NCBI GenBank assembly: GCA_043228905.1
Contig: JBHGNT010000007.1
Coordinates: 22,072,001 to 22,136,000 of the forward strand
Length of the DNA stretch: 64,000 nt
From: Azolla caroliniana
Taxonomy: Eukaryota > Plantae > Polypodiophyta
Direction of reading: 5' to 3'
Part shown: positions 22,781-34,717 of the stretch, one piece after another
How positions within the stretch are numbered: the first letter of the stretch is position 1
Layout: every line of letters starts with the position of its first letter
Made by a program: the position numbers and the translations under genes
The notes under the pieces: generated by a model
Databases searched by the model: none
Seen by the model: only the letters and a program-made list of their open reading frames with translations
Told to the model about the DNA's origin: nothing

Positions 22781-25700
22781 GCGTACGGGTACACGGAACC
22801 GGAAGGAGGAGGTCGACATGAGTTCGATCGGTGGGGGTGCCGGCAACATGATGCGAGGCGGTCGGCCACAACACGGCCCGCGAGCGGCGGAGAAGAGAGA
22901 GCGGTGAGTGGGTACGCACTACCGCCGGAAGAGAGCTCAACGCAAAACGGTTCGGAGGAGCTCGACCTAGAGGTGCTAATACGGGAGGCATGCGAGCTTG
23001 TGAAGGCGAAAATCGGAGCCGAAGAAGGGCTTGTTATGGAGACAGGCCGAAGGCGATCGGAAGATGCGGAGGAAGAAGCCTCCCTAGACGTAGAAGACGG
23101 GGCCTATACAGAGGCCGGGAGAGCGTACGATGGTGACATGGGAGAGCGTGCGAAAAGAGCGACTCTCTCGTCTTGCGGCGAATGGACAACCATGGAGGCC
23201 GATAACTACGGATTCGGGACATGGCGGCCCGAAACATCAAGGGAGGAGGAGACAAGCGGCGGTGCCGCGACCTTACACACACCGGCCCTAGAGGCACCGG
23301 CGGTCGGCCCGATTACCGGTGTGAGACCTAGAGCAACGGGCGGTGGCGGCGGCAAGGCGGGCAACCGAGACAACGGTATGGAGACCGTGGAAGAGGAGGC
23401 GACAAGCATAATTGATGCTTGCATATACGGAGGCGGGGTAGCCACGGACGACGATGTCCGAATGGAGGTGGCTACGGGCATAGCATCGACGAGCGGCGGC
23501 GTTGCTACCTTACACGCACCGGTTCAAGAGACCCCGGCGGCCGGCCCGAGTGCCCGCGTGAGACTTAGGGTAATGAACGGTGGCGGCGGCAAGGTGGACG
23601 ACCACGACGACGATGTGGGAGAGGGTGCGGAGCGAGCGACCCTCTCGACTTGTGGAAAGAGGACGGCCATGGATGAGGCCGATATCTACGGAGCAATGGA
23701 CGCCACTTCGAGAGTGGGCGAAAGTTTCGGGACGCGGTTGCCCGAAATGTTCTACGAGGATTTCGCGAGCATACTCGAGGCTTGTGAAATCGAGGAAGAA
23801 GAGGAGACGAGCGGCGGTGCCACGACCTTCCACACACCGGTCCTGTCGGTGTGAGACTTAGAGAGATGGACGGTGGCGGCGGCAAGGCGGGCAACCGAAA
23901 TGACGAAGAGGAGGTTTGTAGCGGACGGAGGCGATATCCCTCGACACCGGGGCTGGAGACTTCGACGGTTGCGCCCGAGGGCGGACATAAGACCGGGGAG
24001 ATGGGCGGTGGCCGTGAGCATGAGAGGCCCGGAGTGGGCACGTGCGAAAAGACCGAAGGAGAGGTCCGGAGCGGCATCGAGGAGAGAGTCGGGAACCGAC
24101 CCGACCGAAAGATGAGCCGGTCGGTAATCCGACCTGATCGGTAATCCGACCGGAAGAAGAGTGAATCGGGGGCCGATCAACCGGGCACGAACCGAAGGAA
24201 GCCGGCAAGACCGGGATTGTTTGATCGATTCGTAGACGGCCGGGTACGGTTACGGTGGGAGCCGGTGAGAGCGAGAAGGAGACCTAGTGGGCACGGTGAT
24301 CACGGCTTGCTAGAAGACCGAGAGCGAGAGGGACCTTCCACACCCATTCTAGAGACTTCGGCGGTTGCGGATCAACGTGAGACCGGAGAGACGGCGGGTG
24401 GCGGCGAGGAGTCGGAGGCTGAAGCGGACAAAGTTATCAGAGCGGGTATCCGGTATGAGATGATGGACGAGCGGGTCCAAGATGGCGAGCTCGAGTCGGA
24501 ACGGGCTACGGTGACAAAGGAAGAAGTGGCCGACGCGGAGGTCGGGTCTACGGCGGATGAAGGGCATAACACGAAGCATGCACTACGGTCGGTGAAGGGC
24601 CCAAGAACGAGCATGCATCCGAGAGAGCGTCAACGAGTGACCGGAAACGGTGGACCGATTGAGCCTTTGAGAGGCGAGGACTCGGTGTTGAACCGAGAGT
24701 GGGAGGAACCCTCCACACCTACCCGTGAGGCATCGACGGTCGCGGATCGAAAGGAGAACGAAGAAGCGGTGGGTGGCGGCGAGGAGTTGGAGACCGACGC
24801 GGAGGTCGGGTCTACGGCGGAAGCACGACACGAGACGCATGCAATACGGCCGGTGGAGGGCCAAGACACAAGCATGCATACAGCGGATGGGCGACAACGA
24901 TTGACCGACGATAACGGTCGGGTCAAGCCTTCGAGAGGCAAGCGCGGGATGAAGGACGGCGCGGCGAAACACCAAGATCGACGACATGGGCCGAGCGCGA
25001 TCGGCATGAGCGGAGAGTTGTATCTAGGAAAACGGAGGAGATGCGCGGAGAACAGCGGGGTACACACCGGGAAGAGAAAGCGCGGCGGCTTCCCGGAGGG
25101 CATACAAGGCCAAGCGGGCCAAGAGGGCGCAAGTCGAGGCGAGGCGATAACGAGAGCCTCGAGGGACACCGACACGGAGGTCGGGATGACGATACACTCT
25201 ACTACGAGAGAGCACGGCGAAAAAGGGGAAAGCGAAAAACGCGTGATGGGGTCATCGAAGGACCGAAGCACGAGCACACATTCGGAGGGCAACATCGACA
25301 TACGGGGAAAGCCTACGGAAGGCAAGCGCGGAGCGGAGAGAGTCGGCACGCCGAGGTGTGCGGCACGCAAAGGGCGGAATCTGGCATGCGACAGGGAGCG
25401 CATCCGGAGGATATACGAGGCGGACAAAGGAAGAGAAACCGGGTCGGCGACGGCGTTCAGGAGGACCGAACGGGGAGGAAAGCACGGGCATCGGATACGG
25501 CGGGTCAGATGTAGTCGGTGGTTCAAGGACCCACGGTGGACGTGGCGGATCGGGTGGAGGCAACGACTCGGCGAACATCGTCGAGTGTGGCGGATCGGAT
25601 GGCGGTGGTTCGTGTGGACGGGGTGGTCTTGCTCGAAGTGGAAGACAAAGCCGGGCAGGCCCACGAGGACGCTAAGGACTCGGTCGGTCATCCACGCGAG

Positions 25701-26222
25701 AGAGAGAGAGAGAGGTACTATGCGGTACATAGGTACCTAGTTGTTTGTGAGGAGGTGGGAGTTAATGTCATAACTAGACTCGAACCCATAACCTTTTGTT
25801 ACACGGGTCGAGACTTTACCATTAGGTTATGAGTTGTAATTTGAAGGATATTATTTTCATTTAGGTTTTATTAGGAAATTGATGTATATTCCAGATTTCT
25901 CTGGAACATTCTAGAAACTTCAGGAGTATTCCTGAAGACACTATAAAAGGAGGCGCAAGGCATTAGTTCGAACCAAATCGGTTCAACGCCAGTCTTAAGC
26001 CTTCTAACTACTGTTGTATATCTTCCGTCATATAATACATATATCTTTCGCATCATCATTCTCTCTCTCTCTCTCTCTCTCTCACTCACTCATTCCTTCT
26101 CTCAAAGTTCGACACCTCTCATAGTACTAATCCTTCTCTGTCTTAGTACTATTCCCCAACAATAGTACTAATCCTTCTTTTAGTACTAATTCCTTCTCTG
26201 CCTTAATAGAGTTCCTGACAGT

Positions 26223-26234
26223 TTGAACCGATTT
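26223..26234 (+). promoter_or_regulatory. Self-priming PBS (Tf1/sushi type)
   Basis: TTGAACCGATTT is the exact reverse complement of AAATCGGTTCAA (25975-25986), ~27 nt downstream of TATAAAA (25942-25948). Confidence 0.85.
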
Positions 26235-26309
26235 CGTCCTACTAGTCTCCCTCTTCCTTCTGTCTCTCTCCTTTCCTACTAGTCTCTTATTTCCCTTTTC
26301 CTTCATCCC

Positions 26310-27479
26310 ATGGCCACCGTTAGCGCTGAAGAGTATCAATCCGTTTTCTCGGAATTTCAATGCTTGAAAGAGAAGTTTCATGCTTTGGAACAAGAAAATC
26401 AACGCTTGTTGGGGGATCTTCAGCAAATTTCCTTAGAAAAGCAGCAAACGCAACAACAGCATGGGGAACTTGCGTTACGCGTGCAACAACTCGAAGCAAC
26501 CATCGTAGCAATGCAACAACAAGGGCACGGAGCACAAGGGATTCATAAAGAACCCAAGATTGGCCTTCCCACGAAGTTCGATGGAACGCGATCGCAGTTT
26601 AGAGGGTTTCTTAACCAGGTACGGTTAGTTATTCAAATGCATCCGTCCCGATATCCCACCGATGCATCACGAGTGGGTTTAGTAGGCACGTTGTTAAATG
26701 GCTCAGCATTAGCATGGTTCGCTCCGCTACTAGAAAAGGAATCTCCAGTACTAAATAATTTTGAAGAATTCATAAGTGAGTTTAAAGCATGTTTTGGAGA
26801 TACTGACAGCATAAGGACGGCAATCAACAAAATCCGGCGATTACGCCAAGGTGACCGTCCAGCCTCCGCATATGCTGCAGATTTCCGCCTACTCGCCGCC
26901 GATATCCCCTGGGATGATCAAGCATTGATGGAGCAGTTCCGCTATGGTCTACGCAACGATGTCAAGGATTTACTCTTGACTTTCCCTGAAGAGCCAAAAT
27001 CATTAACAGAAGCAATCAGTCGAGCGGTCAGATGTGACAACCGCCTCTTCGAGCGACGTTCGGAACGACAATTTCAGATGCCGAGGGCAAGATCCGAGCC
27101 TACCTATGCCTCAGTGGTAGCGAAACCTTTTCAAAGGGAGTCACATAATGCGCCTCCAGTAAGTACTCCAACTCCAATGGAAATTGACACTACACGTCGT
27201 CGTGGGCCGCTATCGGAGGAGGAAAAGCAACGACGCCGAACAAACCGATTATGCCTTTATTGCGGTGGACCAGGGCATATCGCGATAAACTGTCCCCATA
27301 GACCAAGAAGGCAGGTAAACCAAGTCATTGTTAGTTCTGACTATACTAAACCCGAGTCTATGTCAGTAGGAATCTCTGATAATCCTCATAGTCATAATAG
27401 TCCTAATAGTACTAATAGTCCGAATCTCGCAAACAAATTTGATGTCCTTAGCCAATTAGAAGAAGAGTTAAACGACTAA
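26310..27479 (+). CDS. gag: Gag (PEG10/sushi-like capsid, CCHC zinc knuckle)
   Basis: PTKFDG, LRQGDRPASAYAADF, PTPMEID, CLYCGGPGHIAINC. Confidence 0.93.
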   Translation: MATVSAEEYQSVFSEFQCLKEKFHALEQENQRLLGDLQQISLEKQQTQQQHGELALRVQQLEATIVAMQQQGHGAQGIHKEPKIGLPTKFDGTRSQFRGFLNQVRLVIQMHPSRYPTDASRVGLVGTLLNGSALAWFAPLLEKESPVLNNFEEFISEFKACFGDTDSIRTAINKIRRLRQGDRPASAYAADFRLLAADIPWDDQALMEQFRYGLRNDVKDLLLTFPEEPKSLTEAISRAVRCDNRLFERRSERQFQMPRARSEPTYASVVAKPFQRESHNAPPVSTPTPMEIDTTRRRGPLSEEEKQRRRTNRLCLYCGGPGHIAINCPHRPRRQVNQVIVSSDYTKPESMSVGISDNPHSHNSPNSTNSPNLANKFDVLSQLEEELND

Positions 27480-30400
27480 GTCCAGCCAAAATAGGAGCCG
27501 TTTGGTTGGACAGCCCTAGATCTGTGCAGCCCATTAGTGGTTCCATTCCCTCTAAGCAAGTTAGTGATGTGTTCGTAGTCCAAGTAGCAGTTAGTACTAA
27601 AAGTACCCCTCCAGTACATACCTTAGCCCTTCTAGATTCCGGAGCTAATTCTTGCTTCATGGATAGGAATTTTGCCCGAGCTCATCAGATATCTCTCAGA
27701 AAGCTCCCATGTCCAGCCTCAGTAGTAGTCATTGATGGTCGTCCCATTGCTTCTGGTAATATCATAGAAGAGTCGGAACCCGTTAATATTGTCCTAGATA
27801 ACTTAACATGTGTAGTATCATTTAATATTATTAGTATTCCAGAACATCCCATAGTTTTAGGATTACCATGGTTCGAGTTACATGACCCAGACATAGATTG
27901 GAGGACAAGGGAAATCCGGTTGCGACAAACCCAAGGATCTACCCAGAAGGTTGCAACCATTTCGCTACGTCAGTTGCGTGAGGAAGGGCGCAAGGAGGAA
28001 ATGTTTCTCTTTGCAATATCAGTACAACCCTCCAGCACCACCAAAGAGGAGTCCACCGTTCAACTTCCCGAGAAGTATCGTCAGTATGCTGATGTGTTCG
28101 ATAAAGTACAAGCCAACACACTTCCTCATCATCGGCCGTACAACTGCGCCATCGACTTACAACCGGGAAAAGAGCCGCCATGGGGGCCGATCTACAATTT
28201 GTCACCAACCGAGCTAGAAGTCCTTCGAGCCTATATAGAGGAGAATTTGGAGAACGGTTTCATTCGGCATTCGAAATCTCCAGCCGGCGCACCCATTTTC
28301 TTCGTCAAGAAAAAAGATGGCTCGCTTCGACTCGTTGTAGATTACCGTGGCTTGAATAAGGTCACAGTAAGAAATAGGTATGCTCTTCCCCTTATCTCAA
28401 GTCTTTTAGAACGGATCAACGGTGCCAGGTTCTTCACGAAGATCGACTTACGAGGAGCCTATAACCTCGTACGGATCCGACCAGGAGATGAATGGAAGAC
28501 CGCGTTTCGCACCAGATATGGGCACTTCGAGTATACGGTCATGCCGTTCGGACTCACTAATGCGCCGGCAGTCTTCCAGCACATGGCGAATGATATATTT
28601 CGAGATCTCTTGGATGATTTTTTGATCATCTATTTGGATGATCTACTGGTTTATTCAAAGACCCAAGAAGAACATGATTCTCATGTACTATTAGTACTAA
28701 AACGACTTCGAGAACATGGTCTGTATGCAAAGTTAGAGAAATGTAGTTTCGGGTGCAACCAAGTGGAGTTTCTCGGCTATGTCATCTCCTCAGAAGGCAT
28801 ATCTATGGACCCAGCCAAGGTCAAAACGGTGATAGAATGGCACACTCCGCGTTCGGTGCGGGATGTGCAATGCTTCCTAGGCTTTGCAAATTTCTACCGG
28901 AAGTTCATACAAAATTACTCAAAAATTGTGCTGCCTCTCACACAACTCACCAGGAAGGGACAATCATTCATTTGGTCTAAAGAGACGGACATGGCTTTCG
29001 AGAGTCTTAAGAAGGCGTTTACATCAGCTCCAATTTTAGGTCATGTGGATCCGGAAAAACCATTCATTATCGAAGCTGATGCATCGGATTTCGCATTGGG
29101 GAGCATTCTGTCACAACAGGGTAACGACGAGAAGCTACATCCTGTGGCTTTCCACTCCCGTAAGTTTGACGCCGCCGAAATCAACTACGAAATTCATGAT
29201 AAAGAGCTATTAGCAATAGTTGATTCTTTTATGCAATGGAGGCATTTCCTGGAGGGATCTCCTCATCAGGTCACTGTATTCAGTGACCACAAGAACCTTG
29301 CCTACTTTCAAGATGCTCGTGTACTGAATCGACGTCAAGCTCGGTGGGCCCATTTCCTCACACGCTTCGACTTCAAAATTACATATCGTCCGGGGAAGCA
29401 CCAAGGGAAGGCAGATGCATTATCACGGCGTTCGTATCTAACACCACGTCCCGGTGAGCCAGCTTTCGATAACCAGAAGCAAGTAATCTTGGGTCCAGCA
29501 CGACTGCAAGCAGCACAGATCTTTGACATGCCCGTGGATTCCGACATTACCAATACTATACGTGAGGACTTGAAGACTGACGCTTTCGCCCAAGCTATAC
29601 TAGCACAAATTGACCCCTCTCGAGCGTCATGTTCACAATCACAATCACCAGGTACGGATTATCGGCAATTCAAATACTGTGATGGATTACTCTTCTTTAA
29701 AGAACTTTTGTATGTTCCTAATGGTTCTTGCTGCCTTCGAGTAGTACAAAACTGCCATGACACATATACAGCAGGACATTTTGGTAGTACTAAAACATTA
29801 GATTTAGTACAACGATCATTCTGGTGGCCCCGTATGCGACAATTTGTCGAAGATTTTGTTCGGACTTGCGATACATGCTGCAGAGCGAAAATGCCAAGAC
29901 ATCATCCATATGGTTTATTAGAACCATTACCAATTCCAAGCAAGCCATGGCAATCCATTGCTCTTGACTTCATTACAGATCTTCCAGTCTCTAAGGGATT
30001 CAGTGCGATTCTCACAGTGGTGGATCGATATACGAAGATGGCTCATTTCTTACCATGTACTAAAGAAATATCTAGTGAAGACACCGCCGAAATTGTCATG
30101 CGGGAAGTATGTCGGCATCATGGACTCCCTGATAATATCATCAGCGATCGTGGACCCCAGTTTGTGTCAAAATTTTGGAAGCACCTTTTTAAAATGCTGA
30201 AGGTCACTTGTAACCTCTCCTCCGGCTACCACCCACAAACCGACGGTCAAGCCGAACGAACAAATCAAACACTGGAGCAGTATCTGCGGTGCTTTCTCAA
30301 CTATCATCAGAATGACTGGGCAGATATTCTTCAGTTCGCCGAATTTGCCTATAATAACGCTATCCACGCATCGACTAAAGTCACGCCATTCTACGCTTAT

Positions 30401-31063
30401 ACGGGATATCATCCCCGGTGGTGTGTCCTTGAAACCCCAGAAGTGTCCACAAATCCTTGCGCGGAGGATCGTTTGGAGCGGTTACGCAAGATACAAGCGG
30501 ATTTATCTACTCAACTCCAGCAAGCTCAACAATCACACAAGGACTACGCAGATCGTCATCGACTTCCATCCAGTTTTAACATTGGAGATCGGGTGTGGCT
30601 GCTACGACGACACATCAAGACTACTCGCCCATGTGAGAAGTTGGATTATCGACGATTAGGTCCTTTCCGTATTATCGGGAAGATTAATGATGTCGCTTTT
30701 CGTCTCGAGCTACCTCCGCAACTTCGGATACACCCGGTGTTTCATAGTTCTCTCCTCGAACCCTATCACGAGAGCACTATCCCAGGACGTACTATACAAC
30801 CTCCACCTCCTATCGAGCTCAAAGATGGACCTGAGTATGAGGTCGCTGCCATCCTCGATTCCAAGATTGTTCGCAACAAGCTCTACTATCTAGTCGATTG
30901 GCTAGGATATAGTCCCAGCGAGCGTACTTGGGAACCGATCGAGAATGTGACCAATGCTCGTGCTCTTCTAGAAGACTTCCATCGACGATATCCCGAGAAA
31001 CCGGGTCCTCAATCCAAAACGACTCGTGAAACTCGTCGTTTTAAAGGGGGGATAGTGTCATAA
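27467..31063 (+). CDS. pol: Pol (PR-RT-RNaseH-INT-chromodomain), probably expressed by -1 frameshift from gag
   Basis: LLDSGA, DLRGAYNL, YLDD, EADASD, HPQTDGQAER, GPF, chromodomain EYEVAAILDS...WLGY...TWEP. The pol frame is -1 to gag and stays open through GTTAAAC at 27467-27473. Confidence 0.93.
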   Translation, partial: VKRLSPAKIGAVWLDSPRSVQPISGSIPSKQVSDVFVVQVAVSTKSTPPVHTLALLDSGANSCFMDRNFARAHQISLRKLPCPASVVVIDGRPIASGNIIEESEPVNIVLDNLTCVVSFNIISIPEHPIVLGLPWFELHDPDIDWRTREIRLRQTQGSTQKVATISLRQLREEGRKEEMFLFAISVQPSSTTKEESTVQLPEKYRQYADVFDKVQANTLPHHRPYNCAIDLQPGKEPPWGPIYNLSPTELEVLRAYIEENLENGFIRHSKSPAGAPIFFVKKKDGSLRLVVDYRGLNKVTVRNRYALPLISSLLERINGARFFTKIDLRGAYNLVRIRPGDEWKTAFRTRYGHFEYTVMPFGLTNAPAVFQHMANDIFRDLLDDFLIIYLDDLLVYSKTQEEHDSHVLLVLKRLREHGLYAKLEKCSFGCNQVEFLGYVISSEGISMDPAKVKTVIEWHTPRSVRDVQCFLGFANFYRKFIQNYSKIVLPLTQLTRKGQSFIWSKETDMAFESLKKAFTSAPILGHVDPEKPFIIEADASDFALGSILSQQGNDEKLHPVAFHSRKFDAAEINYEIHDKELLAIVDSFMQWRHFLEGSPHQVTVFSDHKNLAYFQDARVLNRRQARWAHFLTRFDFKITYRPGKHQGKADALSRRSYLTPRPGEPAFDNQKQVILGPARLQAAQIFDMPVDSDITNTIREDLKTDAFAQAILAQIDPSRASCSQSQSPGTDYRQFKYCDGLLFFKELLYVPNGSCCLRVVQNCHDTYTAGHFGSTKTLDLVQRSFWWPRMRQFVEDFVRTCDTCCRAKMPRHHPYGLLEPLPIPSKPWQSIALDFITDLPVSKGFSAILTVVDRYTKMAHFLPCTKEISSEDTAEIVMREVCRHHGLPDNIISDRGPQFVSKFWKHLFKMLKVTCNLSSGYHPQTDGQAERTNQTLEQYLRCFLNYHQNDWADILQFAEFAYNNAIHASTKVTPFYAYTGYHPRWCVLETPEVSTNPCAEDRLERLRKIQADLSTQLQQAQQSHKDYADRHRLPSSFNIGDRVWLLRRHIKTTRPCEKLDYRRLGPFRIIGKINDVAFRLELPPQLRIHPVFHSSLLEPYHESTIPGRTIQPPPPIELKDGPEYEVAAILDSKIVRNKLYYLVDWLGYSPSERTWEPIENVTNARALLEDFHRRYPEKPGPQSKTTRETRRFKGGIVS

Positions 31064-31345
31064 CTAGACTCGAACCCATAACCTTTTGTTACACGGGTCG
31101 AGACTTTACCATTAGGTTATGAGTTGTAATTTGAAGGATATTATTTTCATTTAGGTTTTATTAGGAAATTGATGTATATTCCAGATTTCTCTGGAACATT
31201 CTAGAAACTTCAGGAGTATTCCTGAAGACACTATAAAAGGAGGCGCAAGGCATTAGTTCGAACCAAATCGGTTCAACGCCAGTCTTAAGCCTTCTAACTA
31301 CTGTTGTATATCTTCCGTCATATAATACATATATCTTTCGCATCA

Positions 31346-31381
<36 letters not shown>

Positions 31382-32000
31382 ACTCATTCCTTCTCTCAAA
31401 GTTCGACACCTCTCATAGTACTAATCCTTCTCTGTCTTAGTACTATTCCCCAACAATAGTACTAATCCTTCTTTTAGTACTAATTCCTTCTCTGCCTTAA
31501 TAGAGTTCCTGACAGTTAAGGGGCCATCAATCTCACCCTCCCCCAAATCAAGGCAAATATCCCCTTTGAATGAAAAGGGGATATTTTAGTCTCACTTTTG
31601 TAAACGGTCTTCCCTCCTTGTGCTATAAAAGGAGAGAGAAGGCACCATTGTGGGGGTTGCCTATTTTGAGTGTGCGAGGTATACCACATAGGTCGAGCGT
31701 TAGGGTTCGGTTAGGGTTTTCTTCTTGGGTTTTCCTTTAGGGTTTTCTTATAGTCGTTTGGTGCGGCCATGGCGGCCACCATTGTAAAGCGTTTATGTTT
31801 CTTAATCGAACTTCTTGTTGAGTATCTTGACTCTATCTTCTTCATCTTCTTCTATCATAATGTCATATTCGTTCTCTTCTCCTCTTGAGCTATGAGCTAA
31901 TCTTCCATTCGTTGTCTTAACCTTTCTCCTCTTCTCCCTAGTCCAAGACCCCCGTGGTCCCGCCCCTTCCACACGCACGCGCGTAACAACGCGACACCGT

Positions 32001-34256
32001 GCTACGTATTGCCGGTTTGTGTGACCTAGTGAAATAGCTCCTCCTGGCTTTCACCAAAATCATCTAAGAGCTGCGCGAGTTCTTCAGAATGTTGGTCCGC
32101 TAGCGCACGATAGTCTTGCGCTAGGTCCTCACGTACGGCTGCAATGCACTTTTCTTTTCGTTTCTAGAAACCTCGGTCGTCTTTTTGCCAGTTCTCCCAG
32201 TCCGCACGATACGCGTGCAATTCCGCTGCTTGGATTGCTTACGCCATCCATTCTTTATCCAACGTCGTTTTCAATTGCGTTGTGAACTGCTCCCAATTTG
32301 TTTGGAGAAGGATACGCACGTTGTTTGTGATGGCCTGGCAATGGTTGCGTGCGTCCTCCATCGACTTCTGGAGGTTTGCAATTTCTTGCTGCCTAACCGC
32401 CGCCGCTTCTTCGTATGTGATCTTCAGGCCCACCCACAGCTGGGATTCCTTTGCATGTTGTTCTTCTAATTTCCCCATTTCATTGTTTAGGCAGATTTCA
32501 AGCTGATGCCTTCTTTCCTGTTCGACCACCAGCTGCTCGTCGAATCATATCTTCTTTTTCTCTAACAAGGCCTGGAGTCCCGCGATTGCCGCCTCCGATT
32601 TCTTCGCCTCATCCCGTAATTGGGCGTTTTCGTCTTTTGTCCGGATGTGCTAAGCTACCTCCGTAGTGAGTTTCTCTTCAAGGGTTTTTACTGCCTTCCG
32701 GCCTTCGCCCGGATCTCCTTTTCTCTGTCTGAGGATTGGCATAGTTCAGCTCGAAGGCAGTCAATTTCTGATTCCGCTAGCTGCACGACCCTTTTCACTT
32801 TTGAGGCGATGGCGGTCTGAGCCTCAATTTCTTCCTTCAAAGCGTCAATGGCGTGGTTTTGTGGGGGAGTTGCGTGTTGCGCCGTAGTCGCATTAGCTTC
32901 CAACTCCACGATGCGTTCGTTTTTTATTTGCAGCTCAGCTTGGGTCATTTTAACCTTCTTCTAGACATTCTTATTTTTAATGCCCATCTCCTTGGCGCCC
33001 GTGCTGACCTTTGCCAGTTCCCTATGGACTTCGACTAGGGCCGTATTTAGTGGGGGTAGCTCCATCCCCACTCGGCGTACCCCGGCATTCCTCCGTCTGC
33101 CGACCCTGGCTAGCCAGTCCTCATCGTCGCTCTCCGCCGTTTGTGTTAGGGCGCAATCGATCATCTGGCGCTCCGCGTGCTCCTCGGCCATTCGTTTGGA
33201 GGCTTTTATCTATTGTGTTGCCAGGAATTCCATGAGCTCAAAGGAGGTTCCGAACTATAAGAGGGCGTTGAACTGATGGGTCGTATCCGGGATATCTGGA
33301 TATGCCAAAACCTCGCTTTCCGTCGTCAATACGGCTTTCCCTCATTGGGACTGGGTCGTAATGATCGGTCGTGGCTCCCGGATGATTTCGAAGGTGGTAT
33401 TGGGCTCCGTAGTTGTGGAGCCATCGCCTTTGGTCGTTGTTTCTGCCGCTGTGGGGACATCTTTAACCAATCCCTGCCCATCTTTCGTGTCTAATCTACG
33501 CCATTTCGATCTGGGGCTATCCTGCCGTGTTTCGGTGTCTGGCTCTAGGGCTGCTTCCACGGAACGTGCCGGCCGTTCCTCCTACGTTGTCCGTGTGTCT
33601 AGTTGGGCGGGAGGTGTTGTCCGCGTGTCTGCTTGGGCGGGTTGGGGTTCCTCTTCCCACTCTGGGGCCGCTAACTCCGCTAGCCTGCGCTTCACGGATC
33701 GGGGCGGGGGCGTGGGTCGGCTGGGTTGCGGTGCCGGCAAGCCTCGGGGTGGGAATAGTACCATAAGGTACTGTTGTATGATCGGCTTGAGGTTTTGTCC
33801 TGCCTGATACGCATGCAGGCCTTCCCTTAACGTTGGCCCCATGATGACCCCCCAATTGACCGCACGCCCCTCAAAGGTATCGATAATGATGCCTGCCTTC
33901 TGTTTGGGCATCCCATATGCGTTAACATGTATGCAACCGACCTCTAATAGGAACTTGGCAACCTCACGGAAGAAGGGATCCGGGTTCTGCTTCGTTCTAT
34001 AGGCCTTGGCGAAGGAGGAATAGGGCCCGAAATATTGCTGCAGCGCCTCTGCAGGAGGGGTTTTGAAATGCCTTTCGACTAGAGATGACGGGTCCAACTT
34101 TTTCCGGATAGAAGAGTTGGTGACCGTGTCGATGTTAAGCTTCCTGGCGATGTCCATGGCGTCCGGGTTTGGGGGTGCCTCTGCGACCCGGATGTACCCA
34201 TCCAGGCGTTTCTCCATAAGCCATCGGCGTAAGGCAGTAGAGATGAAGATCAACAT
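32001..34256 (-). pseudogene. Extra 3' ORF of element 4 (globular N-terminus plus coiled coil); continues at ~21331-21744
   Basis: 33582-34256 aligns with element 2 ORF 13020-13691/12493-13023 (RLDG, EAPP, YFGxYS, YRT, DPxxRE, MPKxxAG, IIxTxEG..VxW). Downstream fragments are coiled-coil-like. Confidence 0.75.
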
Positions 34257-34717
34257 CGCCAGAGTAGGTTCGTGGGAAGGAGAAGGGTGGGCTGGAGGAG
34301 AAGGTGAGGGGGAGGAGCGATGGAAGCGCTGATAGTTAGAAGGTGGTTTCTGTTTTGTGTAGAAGATCTTCTATTTCCTTCTTTTTGTGGCTTAGGGCTC
34401 ATTGGGCGGTGAGCCATCGTGGTGCCGCGTGTACTTGAACTAGGAGTCTGTGCATGCATTTAGTCCTTTTAATAGTGTCGCTATCTTCTCTCTTTTTTTC
34501 TTTTTCTTTTTCTTTTTTATTTATTTTTGTAACGGTTATACACAGCCTAGTTTTACATTATGGTACAAGTGGGGCCGTCCATTTACACCACGGGTTCTCC
34601 GGCTCTGTCCTATTTGGCAGTGAATGGGTTAGGTGGCGTAGAGCCCAAGTAAGGTTTAAGGAGAAACCCATTCACCCGTACTACTTCCCCGGCCAGCATA
34701 CCTAGTTGGAACGTGCC

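Larger units (their letters stand above)
25766..31514 (+). mobile_element. Intact chromovirus (Tcn1-like Ty3/Gypsy), self-priming (element 5)
   Basis: LTRs 25766-26220 and 31056-31514 appear identical except for CT-repeat length. TSD GTTAA. PPT AAAGGGGGGA at 31043-31052. Uninterrupted gag and pol with chromodomain. Confidence 0.95.
21745..31996 (+). mobile_element. Non-autonomous Trp-primed Gypsy derivative (gag-only, TR-GAG/LARD-like; element 3)
   Basis: 5' LTR 21745-22428 (TGTCG...CGACA). 3' LTR 25689-25765 + 31520-31996, with its first ~130 bp deleted. 4-bp TSD CCGT. PBS TGGTGAACCCGACGTGAA at 22433-22450. No recognisable RT. Confidence 0.85.

Noticed and set aside
22904-25740. Long ORFs (316, 507 and 366 aa) as host genes
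   Set aside because: Low-complexity, GC-rich, stop-poor filler inside element 3; overlapping ORFs on both strands; no recognisable domain.
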